Source: Tubiluchus corallicola
Lineage: Eukaryota > Animalia > Priapulida
Assembly (NCBI GenBank): GCA_030141605.1
Contig: JAQGDQ010000029.1
Coordinates: 744,001 to 808,000 of the forward strand
Reading direction: 5' to 3'
DNA: 64,000 bases
Positions 63,698 to 64,000 of this stretch are shown here, piece by piece. The notes beneath the pieces are model-generated. The model was not told the origin of the DNA. It ran no database searches and saw only the letters and a list, made by a program, of their open reading frames with translations. A program made the position numbers and the translations under genes. The stretch's first letter is position 1. Every line of letters begins with the position of its first letter.

Positions 63698-64000
63698 TGG
63701 CATACAGAGGCCACCTAGCAATACAATGCCGACTCTGCTGCTTGCAACAAAAATCCTGCCTGACTGGGCTGCCAGTGTTAATATCCAACTGAATATTTTA
63801 GTTTTTCATAAAATTAAATTTTTTTCTAATAGAGCAAAAAATTTTCTTTCAGGCGCAAATAAGCATTTTAACATAGTTAACTTCAAAACTCTGTGGCAAC
63901 TAAATTTCAGGAAACTTTGTAAAAAATCTACATTTTCCTCAGTATTCTTTGATTATAAAGCAGTAAAAACTAATAATGTTCCCAAATTTGATGTCAGTTT

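Overview
AT-rich, intron-containing invertebrate animal DNA (probably lophotrochozoan; an inference from the Meta-type SINE and repeat families). I reconstructed three host genes exon by exon, with consistent splice phases. (1) Rabenosyn-5/ZFYVE20 (+, 5 coding exons, 2309-6308, 482 aa). (2) Mitochondrial ribosomal protein S25 (-, 4 exons, 12621-9985, 171 aa), convergent with (1). (3) Carnitine O-acetyltransferase (-, 15 coding exons, 62624-45610; first exon not found in the window; ends in the PTS1 tripeptide SKL). Between them lie a near-full-length CR1/L2-group LINE (~14.0-19.6 kb) and a repeat-rich intergenic block (19.6-34.5 kb) containing a foldback-like element, LINE fragments, a Meta-SINE, MITEs and a minimal hammerhead ribozyme. 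The most notable signals are: a candidate splice switch at the CRAT 3' end (a GC donor just before the SKL codons competing with a GT donor just after the stop); RBSN-MRPS25 adjacency recalling the human arrangement; a triplicated exon end plus splice donor in CRAT; a Penelope-type hammerhead; and a SINE whose tail matches the local LINE. All calls come from reading and translating by eye; no database searches were run.
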